Shown here: positions 35,212 through 46,594 of the stretch, piece by piece
Layout of the letters: every line of letters starts with the position of its first letter
How positions within the stretch are numbered: position 1 is the first letter of the stretch
Source: Cirrosporium novae-zelandiae
Lineage: Eukaryota
Assembly (NCBI GenBank): GCA_026023565.1
Contig: JAPETS010000001.1
Coordinates: 496,001-560,000 of the forward strand
Reading direction: 5' to 3'
Length of the DNA stretch: 64,000 nt
Translations under genes and position numbers: made by a program
The notes under the pieces: model-generated
Database searches by the model: none
The model's input: only the letters and a program-made list of their open reading frames with translations
Told to the model about the DNA's origin: nothing

Positions 35212-37053
35212 TTAGTACCCCGCAGGCTCTTCCTTCGGTGGAAACGTTGGCGCATCTATATTCTCCCTGCATTGTTGCTTCCAATTTCTTGGAGTAAATT
35301 TGTCTGCTATCTCCTTAAAAGCCTCCTATAATTCCAACATAATTAGTCAGTATACCAACTAAAATAGATGTTCGTGAAGATCAATGGAAACCAACAAGGG
35401 TACAGAAACTCTCATCTCCTTCAACGTGATTGCCATTTTTTCGGCAACCTGGAATAGTGATTACGCGATCATTGTAGCGAAGACGAACGTAGTAACCATC
35501 CAATTGAGCACGTTCGGCGGGTGTTAGCTCAGAGAGTGGTCTACGGGCAATAGACTTCCGCTCGTGGCGATGGTAAAAAGGGCTCGATATATTTCCAAGA
35601 AAAGACGTTCCTTGCCCTCCTTTCATTCCCGCCGGAGGGTTCAAGGTGCTGATAGATGAGGCATGTGACTTCTGACGAAACAGTTCTATGGCGATGTGTG
35701 ACGTATATGGAGGCCAAGGTTCGTTTTCAAACGCGCCGAGGGAGGAGAGAATAGAGGCTAATGTGGTATCATGGCAACCACTAAGCGTGAACTTGATGCA
35801 TTTCTCTCCTCCCCTTTCCCTACCTTTCTGCTCGTCTTTTCTGTCGATTTCCAAGATACTATCTAATCCTGTTCTCTCGACACTCGCCATTATTTTGGAC
35901 ACAATATCTCCTACCAATGCACCTATTCCTAGGGAGCGGTACTCCACACTCTCTTTATACCCAGAAAACCATTCTTCGGTGGAGATTCGGTCTACATACT
36001 TACGCAGCTGAGGGTCGTAAAACACCGCTGGAAGCCTGGTAGCCGGTCCATGCGCAAGAGTTGAGTTTATGGTATCATTGATTCCGGATAAACGAGGATG
36101 AGAATCAACAGCTACATTTTGCGAAGCCTCAGGCATCCAGCTGGAGATGAGACGGTTAATATATGCCATTTCGGTTGACGAGTTCCCTAGAGTACAAGTT
36201 AAAGATCAAGAGAATAAAATATGTCAAAGAGTCACTTGTGTATGATCTGATATTCAGGAGTCCCTCCATATTTGTTACTAGCGTTTTCAAACCCAGTTCT
36301 TCCCTGGGCATTTCTAACCTTGGTCGAATTGGAAAAAGGGTATAAACATACATCGATCTGCGGTTCTTTGAGCGAATGCTCTACTTAGATGGTTAAAACG
36401 TCGGCAATTAGAATCATTTGGAAACAATGTCTCATCGCCAGGTGTTCGAGTAAGTATGGTAGGTGGAGGAAATGCGGCCGTCCTAGCAGTTAAAGGATAC
36501 ATTCCCCAAAACGTTTGCTGTACTGACTCTAGAGCCCGAGGAATTGGTGTTGCGCGGAGATAGAACATGTCAGCATCTGCTATTAGTCGCGGCATAAACT
36601 TCAGTTGATCAACATAAAGATGCCGTAACCGTTGGCCCAACTCAAGGGTCGTCTGTCGCCCTTTGTCTGTGAGCTCGCCAAATTGACTATAATCATATTA
36701 GGATTCTTTTGTCAATGCTATAACGTAGCTTACCAAACCCCATCAACCTCCCCATTCTTGCCAGTTGCAATAACTGGGTCATCGTCATCCCCAAAGGTCT
36801 CTATGCGGCGCCGCCATTGCAACTCACTCCAAGATGAAGAATCACTGCTCGTCATTGCAACGCTTGACATCTTCTTTGCAGCATTGCAATACGGCCAATA
36901 TGGTTCGAGGCCAGCATTCCGAAACCGTGCACTAACTGGTGTCCTCTCGCCGTGGCGAAGGAGGATCTGAACAAGTTGAAGTTGTAGTTCTGAAGGATAT
37001 AACCGTGAGATTTCATCAGTGGAGTACGGCTCCCGCGGAATCAATGATGTCAT
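35212..37053 (-). CDS. Histidine acid phosphatase (ACP6-like), multi-exon
   Basis: RHGERTP and CHDTT catalytic motifs, GELTDKG and WPPYTSHIAIEL. The last exon ends EPAGY* at 35212. Confidence 0.92.
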
Positions 37054-37318
37054 GCTGGCACAAATATCTGAATACTGAATACTTTGAGATTCAGGTCCAT
37101 AAAACTCGAGAGACTATCTATTCATCAAGAGATTGTAATAACTAATACGGGGGAAGCTGAATAACATAATAAAATAGATGAGGGGGGATTCGGGATATTT
37201 CTCGGAAGGATCTTTGAGTTTACGAGTAATAAACTCGAGATTTTGACAGCGAAGCTCCGATAAGATATAAACAAGATAAGATAAGATAAGATCTGAGCCA
37301 AGAGACATCGGCAACCCG

Positions 37319-39928
37319 ATGCAAAGCTTCCTTGATTTACGCAAATATCTTTTAAGTGTGCTAATGTCGACACCATATACGTGCCGCAACTGTCAAAGAC
37401 TACTGTTAGATAGAGGGAGAAGTTCATTCCTTGCCCTTTCTTCTATATTCATCAATACGACTACCAAAAGCCAACAATCACGCAAAAATGGTTCCTTATC
37501 GACCCCAGGGAAGCGCATTGATACTAGACGTGGCAGAATTCGTGAAAGTCATGACCACACTCTAGAATCTTTATTCAAGTCTTCCACTTTATCTCTTCCA
37601 ATTATACCTGGTATTCCCCGAGGTGCTTATACGCGCAAAGCTCAACGGCAGAATCGAATCACCAGAAGCAAAAGGGCAGTTGTTCATCGATATAGCTTAC
37701 ATGATATTTCGAAATGGAAAGAGACATTCCACGATCCCTCTTCGAAGATTGAGAATGCCTGGGCGGCAATTCTTGAATATTTAGCAAAAAAAGAAAAGTG
37801 TGATCTGAACTCAACACTAGATGCCGTGGTCAGACAGAGAGAAGATGAATTTATTTGGCCTTTGCTAAAGAAACTGATAAAAGAATGGGCAATTGGAAGT
37901 TTACCAGAACACTTGCCTGCCATTCCAACTCCAGCTATTGCTATGCGAGAGCTTTATTCTATCGATCCTGACCTAGTTTCTATTCGACACTGGAATTTCC
38001 TGTTGGTATCTATGGCTGCCGCAGTGGCGAAAAAGGAAATTCGAAAGGGGCATAGCAAAGACCCTGAGGGATGTCTGGCCGCCCTTGATGATCTCTTACA
38101 AGCTTGGGATTTATTTCTAGATACCTTTTCCTTGGCAATAGATGTTGATGTTCTCACCCAGACAAATATTACTGTAGATGACACTGAAGCCGGAGTACCG
38201 TCAGGACCGAACTCTACTGAGATGCATGATCTAGAGTATGCTAAAGTGTATTCGTACTGGCGTCAGTTTCCATCAAGGCTCCTCTTTGCCAACGACAAAT
38301 TCGCACAAAATAATTCTTCCCTGCAATTTCAGTCGATACCTCGCGCCGCATTTTATGTGAACGATTTGATGGCCAGCTTCTTGTGTACTAGATGTGAGGC
38401 TGATTTCCCGGCCTACACCGGTTCCAAGGCTTTCTGGATATCTATCCTAAATACTACCAAACCCGAATCGCTTGAAACATGCCAACATGATATGAAGGCT
38501 GCAGCGTTTCCGCCACGCATATCACGACGAGTTCGTCGCAGATGGAACTTTATAACCCTTAATGATCATACATTAGGTAAAAGCAAAAAATCCAAATATT
38601 CAGGTAATGATGCCATAGCTCACGAACTTCTTCGAGCACACAATGTGGATAGGATTGATAAGTTGTGGCAATGTCTATCAATTCGTTTAAAACCAAAGCC
38701 TAGTGACAATGGAGCCTCACCAAGGCCGGCCGAGGGTAATTCGATGGAGGAACTTTTCTGTCTATTTACTAAGAAATATATCGCTTTTCATCATCTAGAG
38801 AAAGCTTCTGCTGTTTATGAGCTCATGGTATCCACTGGCTTCCAGCCATCCGAATCTTATATCACAGCAATTGTTGAAGGATCCGTGCTTGCAAAAGATG
38901 TCGGCTTTCAAGAAGCTTTATGGAAGCGGATGGAAGAAGCTGGTGTTAATTTCACTGAGGCCATGTGGATACAGAGGTTGAAGGGCCTTCTCAGAGACAC
39001 AACATACCACCAGAAAGGAATCGACTTGCTTTCCAAATTCATTACTAGCTATGAGACGGTCAGTAGCAATTGCAATACAAACCCTACTACTCCCAAGCCT
39101 ACTACAGAAATTTTCCACTTTGCTGTTACTCAGTTTCTTCGTGCCGGGTATGAAGATGAGGCTTGGAAAGTTTTTCAATGGGCAGAAAGGACTGGAAATG
39201 TGAAAGTGGAGTTGATTAATGCGCTCCTTACCCATATGTCCCGCAATCATAAGGCAGATAGGATGCAAGCTCTCCTGGAAAAGCTGAATGCTTTGGGTCT
39301 GAAGCCGGATGTTGCCACCTTCACCATTATGCTACAGCACATCCTACGAAATCATAACATTGATCCCAATGAACAATTTTCAAGGGTTGTCGAAATTTTA
39401 CGGCAAATGGATGAACAGAATATCAAGCCAAATGTTCATTCTTATGGTGTCATTATCTACCAGTTTCTCCGCCGGTCTATAAATATGGACATTATCAACA
39501 TGATCCTTAATCGTATGGCAGCCCAAAACATAAGCCCCTCGGCACATATCTACACCACCCTCTTGGATCATTTATTTTCTCGAAACCCCCCTGACCTTGC
39601 TGGGGTTGACGCATTATGGCAACAGGTGAACAAACATGATAGGCCTGTTGATCATGTCTTCTACGACCGGCTAGTTGAAGGGTATGGTCGCATTGGGGAA
39701 GTAAGTAAAATGATGTATTTCTTTAGGACCATGCATCAACGAGGCGAGACCTCTGGATGGATCGCTCGAACGCAGGTGCTGGAAGCACTTACTACCGCCA
39801 GAGAATGGGATATTTTGTCAGAGATTATCAAGGATGCAAAAGAGAAAAAAGCTGCTTTTAAATCTGAACCTAAAGCTAAGAAAGGAAGGGATAGGTTTTG
39901 GGATCTGGTAAGGGAACTTGATGTATGA
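37319..39928 (+). CDS. Pentatricopeptide-repeat (PPR) protein, probably mitochondrial
   Basis: Tandem ~35-aa repeats (KPDVATFTIMLQ, KPNVHSYGVII, SPSAHIYTTLL, VDHVFYDRLVEGY) and an Arg/Ser-rich N-terminus. The start may be the ATG at 37364. Confidence 0.85.
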   Translation: MQSFLDLRKYLLSVLMSTPYTCRNCQRLLLDRGRSSFLALSSIFINTTTKSQQSRKNGSLSTPGKRIDTRRGRIRESHDHTLESLFKSSTLSLPIIPGIPRGAYTRKAQRQNRITRSKRAVVHRYSLHDISKWKETFHDPSSKIENAWAAILEYLAKKEKCDLNSTLDAVVRQREDEFIWPLLKKLIKEWAIGSLPEHLPAIPTPAIAMRELYSIDPDLVSIRHWNFLLVSMAAAVAKKEIRKGHSKDPEGCLAALDDLLQAWDLFLDTFSLAIDVDVLTQTNITVDDTEAGVPSGPNSTEMHDLEYAKVYSYWRQFPSRLLFANDKFAQNNSSLQFQSIPRAAFYVNDLMASFLCTRCEADFPAYTGSKAFWISILNTTKPESLETCQHDMKAAAFPPRISRRVRRRWNFITLNDHTLGKSKKSKYSGNDAIAHELLRAHNVDRIDKLWQCLSIRLKPKPSDNGASPRPAEGNSMEELFCLFTKKYIAFHHLEKASAVYELMVSTGFQPSESYITAIVEGSVLAKDVGFQEALWKRMEEAGVNFTEAMWIQRLKGLLRDTTYHQKGIDLLSKFITSYETVSSNCNTNPTTPKPTTEIFHFAVTQFLRAGYEDEAWKVFQWAERTGNVKVELINALLTHMSRNHKADRMQALLEKLNALGLKPDVATFTIMLQHILRNHNIDPNEQFSRVVEILRQMDEQNIKPNVHSYGVIIYQFLRRSINMDIINMILNRMAAQNISPSAHIYTTLLDHLFSRNPPDLAGVDALWQQVNKHDRPVDHVFYDRLVEGYGRIGEVSKMMYFFRTMHQRGETSGWIARTQVLEALTTAREWDILSEIIKDAKEKKAAFKSEPKAKKGRDRFWDLVRELDV

Positions 39929-40437
39929 CTAGGGTTATTAAATCTGTAAAATATAACTAAAATTCATGTGGATATCCTTTCGTGGTGGAGGTGGAGGTGG
40001 AGACGGAGATGGAGAACTTGGAAGGAGAATAAAATTAGTTGGCCGGGGGGTGTGCGAATGGCAAATTACACACAAATGAAACTCAATCAAAGTCATTTTC
40101 TGAACAACAATCTTCAAGTCAACTAACCTAATTATCAGAAAACATCAATCAGAATACAGGAAAGGTTAGCTACAGTGAGGTTTCTTGGTTGCTAATTAAC
40201 TAACTAATGCTTGACAGTTTACAGAGTTATATCAGTACATGAGTCCCGAAACGTTTTTCGTAATTTCCGCAAAATCATCCCTCATTATTAGTCATGACCC
40301 CTGGGTCCTCCAAGTCGCCAGATATAATTCATGGCCTTTCTGAAGCCTTGAACGAACAGATAATATGCATCATCGTTTCAGCATGAGGTGAATAGATATG
40401 AAGCTAAACATTAAGTGATGGTTTGCTTTGAAGGATT

Positions 40438-41628
40438 TTATAAATCAAGGGATCCGTGTCTTCTCCTCCGGTCCGTTTTTGTCACGCCCTTCTTTTCCTT
40501 TTTTTTCAGTTCCATCTTCTCTAAAAGCCTTCTCGCCTCGGGCTCCTTCTTTGTCGTCCGAGCACCGGTGATATGCCTTTTCACATGCGCCTTCAAATTG
40601 TCATTGCGTTTGATTGTTTTGTCGCATAAGGGGCACTTATGGACGTCCTCGCCCGTGTGTTTCCTCATATGTCGTTTGAGGTGCTCCGGTCTACGAAAAG
40701 ATTTATCCCTAGATTCACATCCATCAATCATACATCGATGTATGTCTTTACCTTTTTCGATGACAGTGTAGGGTGCATCCATATCAGGCTCCATTTTGAT
40801 TTTGGTGGTCCCTTTCGAACATTCACTTTTGGCTTTCGTGACTCGATTAACCCGAATAGATGGACACTTGGAAAACTTCATCTCGCCGTCAATTGAAGGC
40901 GTTAGAGGCTCTTCCGAGGTATCGATGGAGGAACGCCTAGAGACATCTGTGGAGTAACATGGAGTCATTATCGTTGAAAATGACCCAGAACTACTGGTTG
41001 GAGATGGGCTTCCCAAGGTCCAATTATCGAACGATCTCTCCGAATGATGACTCATTGGGGTGACTGGTTCTGCAAACGTTTGTGCAGGCACCACGGTCTC
41101 GGAAGCACTCTGATGGTCTGTTACCATTGTTGAATTAAACAACGAGGACCCAGGCATTCCAGAATAGTCTTGATTCGACTCAAAAATTGACTGGGAAAAA
41201 CATGCATTGAGGCTTTGATGTTGGGAATCATATATTGACTCAAATGATTGTGGATGCATGAAAGCGTCGTCTATCTGGAGTTGCCTTGACTCTCTCATGC
41301 CTTTCTTACTAATTTCATCCTGGCAGAGGTTTTCATCATCAAGGAACGGAAGTCCAGAAGGCAGTGCGATATCGTAGTAGTGGTCCTGGGGTGATAAAAG
41401 CCCTTGAAACAATACCTCTCCTTGGCCAGAATTACATGAGTCTGTCATGTTCATGGATGATGGTACGCAGTGCGATTGAACCCACGAATGCGGGGTCATG
41501 GCAGAATTTATTCTCTGAGAGAATGAGTCCGCAGGAGTAACCGGTATGCCACTCGAATAAGGGCTGGACAAACATCCGAATTGAGTCTCTATGCGACCAG
41601 GATGTCTCGTTCTGCTGACATCAACCAT
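40438..41628 (-). CDS. C2H2 zinc-finger transcription factor, divergent BrlA-like
   Basis: Two C-terminal fingers, CMIDGC..FRRPEHLKRHMRKH and CPLC...RNDNLKAHVKRH. N-terminal motifs NACFSQSIF and SETVVPAQTFAEPVTP resemble BrlA motifs as I recall them. Confidence refers to the C2H2 call; BrlA orthology is inference. Confidence 0.85.
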   Translation of the reverse strand: MVDVSRTRHPGRIETQFGCLSSPYSSGIPVTPADSFSQRINSAMTPHSWVQSHCVPSSMNMTDSCNSGQGEVLFQGLLSPQDHYYDIALPSGLPFLDDENLCQDEISKKGMRESRQLQIDDAFMHPQSFESIYDSQHQSLNACFSQSIFESNQDYSGMPGSSLFNSTMVTDHQSASETVVPAQTFAEPVTPMSHHSERSFDNWTLGSPSPTSSSGSFSTIMTPCYSTDVSRRSSIDTSEEPLTPSIDGEMKFSKCPSIRVNRVTKAKSECSKGTTKIKMEPDMDAPYTVIEKGKDIHRCMIDGCESRDKSFRRPEHLKRHMRKHTGEDVHKCPLCDKTIKRNDNLKAHVKRHITGARTTKKEPEARRLLEKMELKKKEKKGVTKTDRRRRHGSLDL

Positions 41629-41987
41629 GATGAAAGACGGAGTTTTATGAAATGCTTCATAATCGTTAGTGTGATTTGTTTGTTTAAGATATAGGATATG
41701 GAAGGCTATACAGTGGGTATTTATTTCGCGCCGACGTCTTAAAACCAAGATTTGTGTGCTCTTTTGCTCTCACATTCGACAGACAAGAGGGTAAATGGTT
41801 TTTCAGATATTTGAATCATATATCAAGAGGTGAAAATTCTAAAATAGATGAATATGAAATATGTGGGTGGACTCGGGGTAAGTATTAATTCAAATCAAAC
41901 ACTGACTTACTCACGATTTAAAACTGATATAGGTGCTAGGCAAGCCTTTCCCAAACGCGTAGCATTAGTACGTGAGGCAAGGTCAAT

Positions 41988-43036
41988 GGAATGTTCGTAG
42001 TATGTGTGGAGACAATGGCACGGACAATAAGGGTGTCTCTGGCAAACCTCAAATGTTTCAGATGATCACAGCTCTTTTGATAATGGGCTCTTCTACTCTT
42101 CTTGCAAAAACGAATTTCCAACAGCATGGAACCAAGAACTAGAGACCTACTTGATGATCACCATAAAAAGTGTGAGACAGATAGGAAAAGATAGAGAGTG
42201 TGACGGGAATTGGGTCTCTTCTGGTCTTTCCTTGATCCTACACTACTCTCAAGGCACTCCTCATTCTGGAATGGTTCTAAATCGTCTCCTAGGCTGAAAC
42301 GTATGATCAAAAGGCGTTTAGCAGCAATGAGCGCACATCCTAGGAGGAGCCCTAGCACTGCTGCCCCTCTCCAGGGTTGGATCTCGAACTTCTCTTCCCT
42401 AGGCTTGGACCCGCGTTGGGAAATGCGGTTGGTCTGGGGCTTTGGGAAATGTTGCTCTCCGGCCTCTGGCAGCTTACTGCATAACTAGATGCTATCGCTT
42501 AAGTTACAAGCTCATGTCGTTTAGCCTCCGAAGACACGTTATCGATTGTAGTTTGCGGAGAAGTCTGAAATTACTTGCATGTGACTTGCATTACTGGGAG
42601 ATGCATATCTGGCATCCGCAACTGGCTATGACAGCCTATGTAAACTTCTCCAAGAAAATATGTCAAGGACCATTTTGATACAGGTCAGATTGATCTCTCA
42701 TATCTTTGAACGTCATGTTCTAAGGATATTCGATTTCTGCCATGGAATGGGACGATTGACAAACGGGCCGTTACACTCGTTATCTAAACTACCGATGGTT
42801 TTCAACATTCCTAGACTTGAACCAGGGCAACCATACCAAATGCAGGTTTTTTTTATATGAATTAACCAAATGCGTCATTCCAGGAAACTTCATTGGAACC
42901 AATCAACAATCTACTTTGCAAAGTCTTGGCTCAATGTTGCTGTCTGTGCGGTTAGATGCAGGCATACGCCAAAGACCCCGGCTAACGACTCTAAAAGAAC
43001 AAGAAGGAATGGGCTGTCAAGCAGTGTTTAGGAATG
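41988..43036. promoter_or_regulatory. Cluster of eight CATTCY (AbaA/TEA-type) sites
   Basis: CATTCY or RGAATG at 41988, 42262, 42268, 42744, 42806, 42876, 43006 and 43031. Confidence 0.55.
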
Positions 43037-44779
43037 TATTAAGTGGTCACCAAGAAATTCCTTCAAATTTCTATTAGGAGCCAGCCTTACACATGAACCC
43101 CGGCACTGACTCAGGGAGCCAAATCATTTGTCGTAAATGCTTAGTAAATGGGCGTTTTGTCATCCAGTCTTTTTACTATCAGGAATATCCGGCGTTGACC
43201 CGACCTTCGATGAGAACCATCTCAAGCCTATTCTTACTTGCATATACCTGAGCTAACGCGGTGCTCTATTATTATCAAGCGGAAGGAATAGTAGCTCTTC
43301 TAGATCTGCGAATAGGTCCAAATGGGTTCGAATGGGATACCTGTCATAGTTGGAAATCTGCTTTCCCCAATTCTACCAATCTTGCAGAATTACAGGGGCC
43401 ACTACTCTAATGCAAGCTACAAACTGGAATCAACCTGGCTCGAAGCAACACCATCTCAGCAGTTCAACAAGAAACGCCTTGCAAAAAGGCTATGCGCAGG
43501 TACCGGGAAACCTGTCGGTGCACACGAACCCAGAAACCCACTTCGAAATAGCCTTGAAATTACTTATGATGTTCCTCATAATATTGTAATTCATGCCTAC
43601 AAGCTTTCTACCCTCGATGTCACATTCGGCTTGCCGTCCTTGCTTTGCCTTTCAACCCCCAATCTCCAACATGCAATCTCTTTATTATCCGATTCCCGAC
43701 GAATGGTAGTTGCTATGTATCTGGGAGCGCATCAGGGTTGTCATAACGCAAGTTACCTTAGATTGCGGACACCGTTCACCAGTTCTATAACCAACATCTA
43801 TTTCTTCGGTACATCAAATTTACAATGTCTCTTTTTACACTCAAATGTAACTCCAGAAGAGGGATCAAAAAAAAGATGTCAGATTGAAAAGAATACATTA
43901 CACGTCCTCTCTTCCTAACCCTTGAGCATAACCCACTTTCCCCCACCTGCAACGACCGAGTTCTAAAGCAGGACATTCTCGGCTGAGGTTGTCCAGACCT
44001 TTGAGTCAAATCTGGGGAAGTAATCCCACCAAAGCGGACATCTCAGATTGACTACCCTGAGCGTTTGTTTGATGCCGAATGATGGCAGCCACTTGTGTTC
44101 CGTTTCGGGGGTCCGGAGACCTTCAAGTGGCGTTCCGACTTGGAACGGGTTCTTGCTCGGTGATGATATGGTCATTCACCTCATGAACCATTAGAAAAAA
44201 AAAAGTACGACTAGAGATAAGGGGTCTCTCTCTCCCAGAACCGGCTAATTACTTGACAGGTTGGTTTATGTAAATGCAACAACCGGAAAAAAGGTTGATG
44301 GTTTTCGAATTGGACTTTAATGTTCCTTCTTCCTGCAAAAAAAAAGTCTTTGCATTTGGTTTTCTGGAACACAAAGACACAGGACAGGCCTTGTCCAAGT
44401 CTTTTTTTTAAAAAACCACCAAAGCTGAACTTTTGTTCGAGATCCAATCTAATCGATAGACTCAACACGCTTCTCAAACACATCCCTAATTTAAAAAAAA
44501 AGGGCACATCTAATCAAATCTGATTTTTTTAATTTTTTTTTTAATTTTTGGACTTCCAAAGGCCGGATATCAACTTTGAAAACTTGGTTCCAACTTTTTT
44601 TATTGGTATGTCTTATGATGTAAGAGATCTACAAATTCACTTTAACGATTTAAACGTATTTGTTACGGCGCAGCCAGGTTATATATCCCACGTCCTTTTC
44701 TTTTTTGGCTTAGTTAGGGAAGAGTGTTGGCTTGCCTTCTAACAGGTTGACTAATTTAATAACGGGGAATTCGTTTAGA

Positions 44780-46220
44780 CAGACAGCCAATATGGCTAAC
44801 ATTTAACATCCATCTAATTTAAATTTCCAAATACAAATCTATATCCGTAAAATGTCTTTCCCAACTAACCCTGGAAGAAAAAAACCACATCCAGATATTA
44901 CTCCCCACTCTTCTTTTTCCCTTTCACCTTCACCCTTTCCCCCTTCCTTTTTTCTATATATATACTAAATCCAACTAACTGATTATATCAAGTAAGAGTA
45001 TACTGTATAGTAAAATATCCCCTTCTTTCTACCACCCCCCTCCCCTACTCCCTACAGACTAAACAAGATGAGAAAAGGGGGGGAAGGGTGAGGGGGAGGA
45101 GAGGGAATTAATAGAAAATAAGACGAAGAAGAAGAAGAAAAAAGAAAAAGATTGTCTTTCCCATTTATTCACTCACTCACTCACTACTAATCCAACCAAC
45201 CAACCAACCTCTTTCACTTTCTCTTTCTCAACAAAGACCACCTAGGTATTTACCTATTCATGAAAAGCAAATCAAATCAAATATACTTATTACGCACACA
45301 CACAAAACCCAATAGACATTTAATGGAGATGATAGTAGATATTATTATTATTATAATATAATTATAATTCCACACACGTCTTTCATTCTCTCGCTTTTAG
45401 ATATCCAATTATCTCGCTCGCTAAAAAACGCCTTTCCAAATTGAACAAATACAAAAAACCAACATCGAAAAAAACGCTTCAAGCAATTAATCGCCCCATT
45501 TCTTTTTTCAACCTGAAACATCCATAATGATTATTCAAAAACAAGGTGGAGGAAGGAACGTGGAAAGTGGAAAGGGGGGGGTTAGGTCGCTACTTCTAAA
45601 CCGATAACGGAATATAAAAAATTCCCTTATTGGTCTAAAAGTCTCCTGAAGAATTGAAGATAAAGGTAAGAATATCAAGAATAATGACAAGGGAGAAAAA
45701 AAAAAGGCCTGATCCAAAATGACTGACTGGCTGACTGATAGATGTTAAAGATAATAAAATATTATCCTCTCCTCTCCTTATGTCAATACTGAAACCATTT
45801 AGGATCCGTATCCAATAAAATAAAAAATCCCTCTTATCCTTATCTTTTGGGTAAAATGTGATGATGCGAATCAAAACGCCATTGCCGAGAAAGAGAGAAA
45901 TCCGAATATCAACATGCATGTCCACTATTCTGTTCCAGCCGTGCGTACATAAGTACGTACCTAACCAATAAAATTGTACCCAAAATATTCCCAGGGCCGT
46001 TTCGTTCCATTCCATGCTGTTTCATCCAGCTCCTTTGTATTTCAATTCGTTCGTGAATGCCTGTTTTGTGCCGCTGCCGAGAAGAACTCCCCGAAAAAAA
46101 AAGCAGAAAAGAAGAAAAAGTGAACATTTGAGGATCTTTAATGAAAACATAAAACCTCTTCGTGGGGTTGAGTATTCAAGGCATGATAATCCGGGGTGTA
46201 TGGTGAATAGGAAATAGAGA
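44780..46220. repeat. Low-complexity purine/pyrimidine-tract island
   Basis: (GAA)n, (TCAC)n, (CCAA)n, (ATT)n and poly-A/G tracts between the C2H2 upstream region and the SPT20 3' end. Confidence 0.75.
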
Positions 46221-46225
46221 ATATA

Positions 46226-46562
46226 CTATCTCATCCCCCCATTCATCTGGGCTTGGGCTTGGGCTTGAGCTTGAGCTTGGGCTTGAGCTTGAGCTTGAGC
46301 CTGGGCTTGTTGTGCCTGAGCAACGGCCTGAGCCTGGCGTAACCTAAACATTTGCTGTTGTTCTGGTGTTAATGAAGCCATGTTCACGCCATTCATTCCG
46401 CTCATGGCCATGCCCATTCCCATGGCTCCCATTGCCATACTATTCATGCCGTTCATTCCATTCATTCCGTTCATACCACCAGCCATGCTATTCATCCCCA
46501 TACTTGTTGGGATTCCTGCATGCCCATTCATTTGTGCCCCTTGTTGCTGAGCATGTAGCTGC

Positions 46563-46594
<32 letters not shown>

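Noticed and set aside
43322..43918. 198-aa plus-strand ORF upstream of the C2H2 gene
   Set aside because: No domain similarity or clear coding character; probably incidental in a regulatory region.
43915..44046. CTAACCCT..TAACCC plus downstream pseudoknot/three-way junction as telomerase RNA
   Set aside because: No full TAACCCTAA template, no U-rich/A-rich triple-helix pseudoknot, the P6.1-like loop lacks the conserved U/G, and the spacing is far too compact for filamentous-fungal TER.
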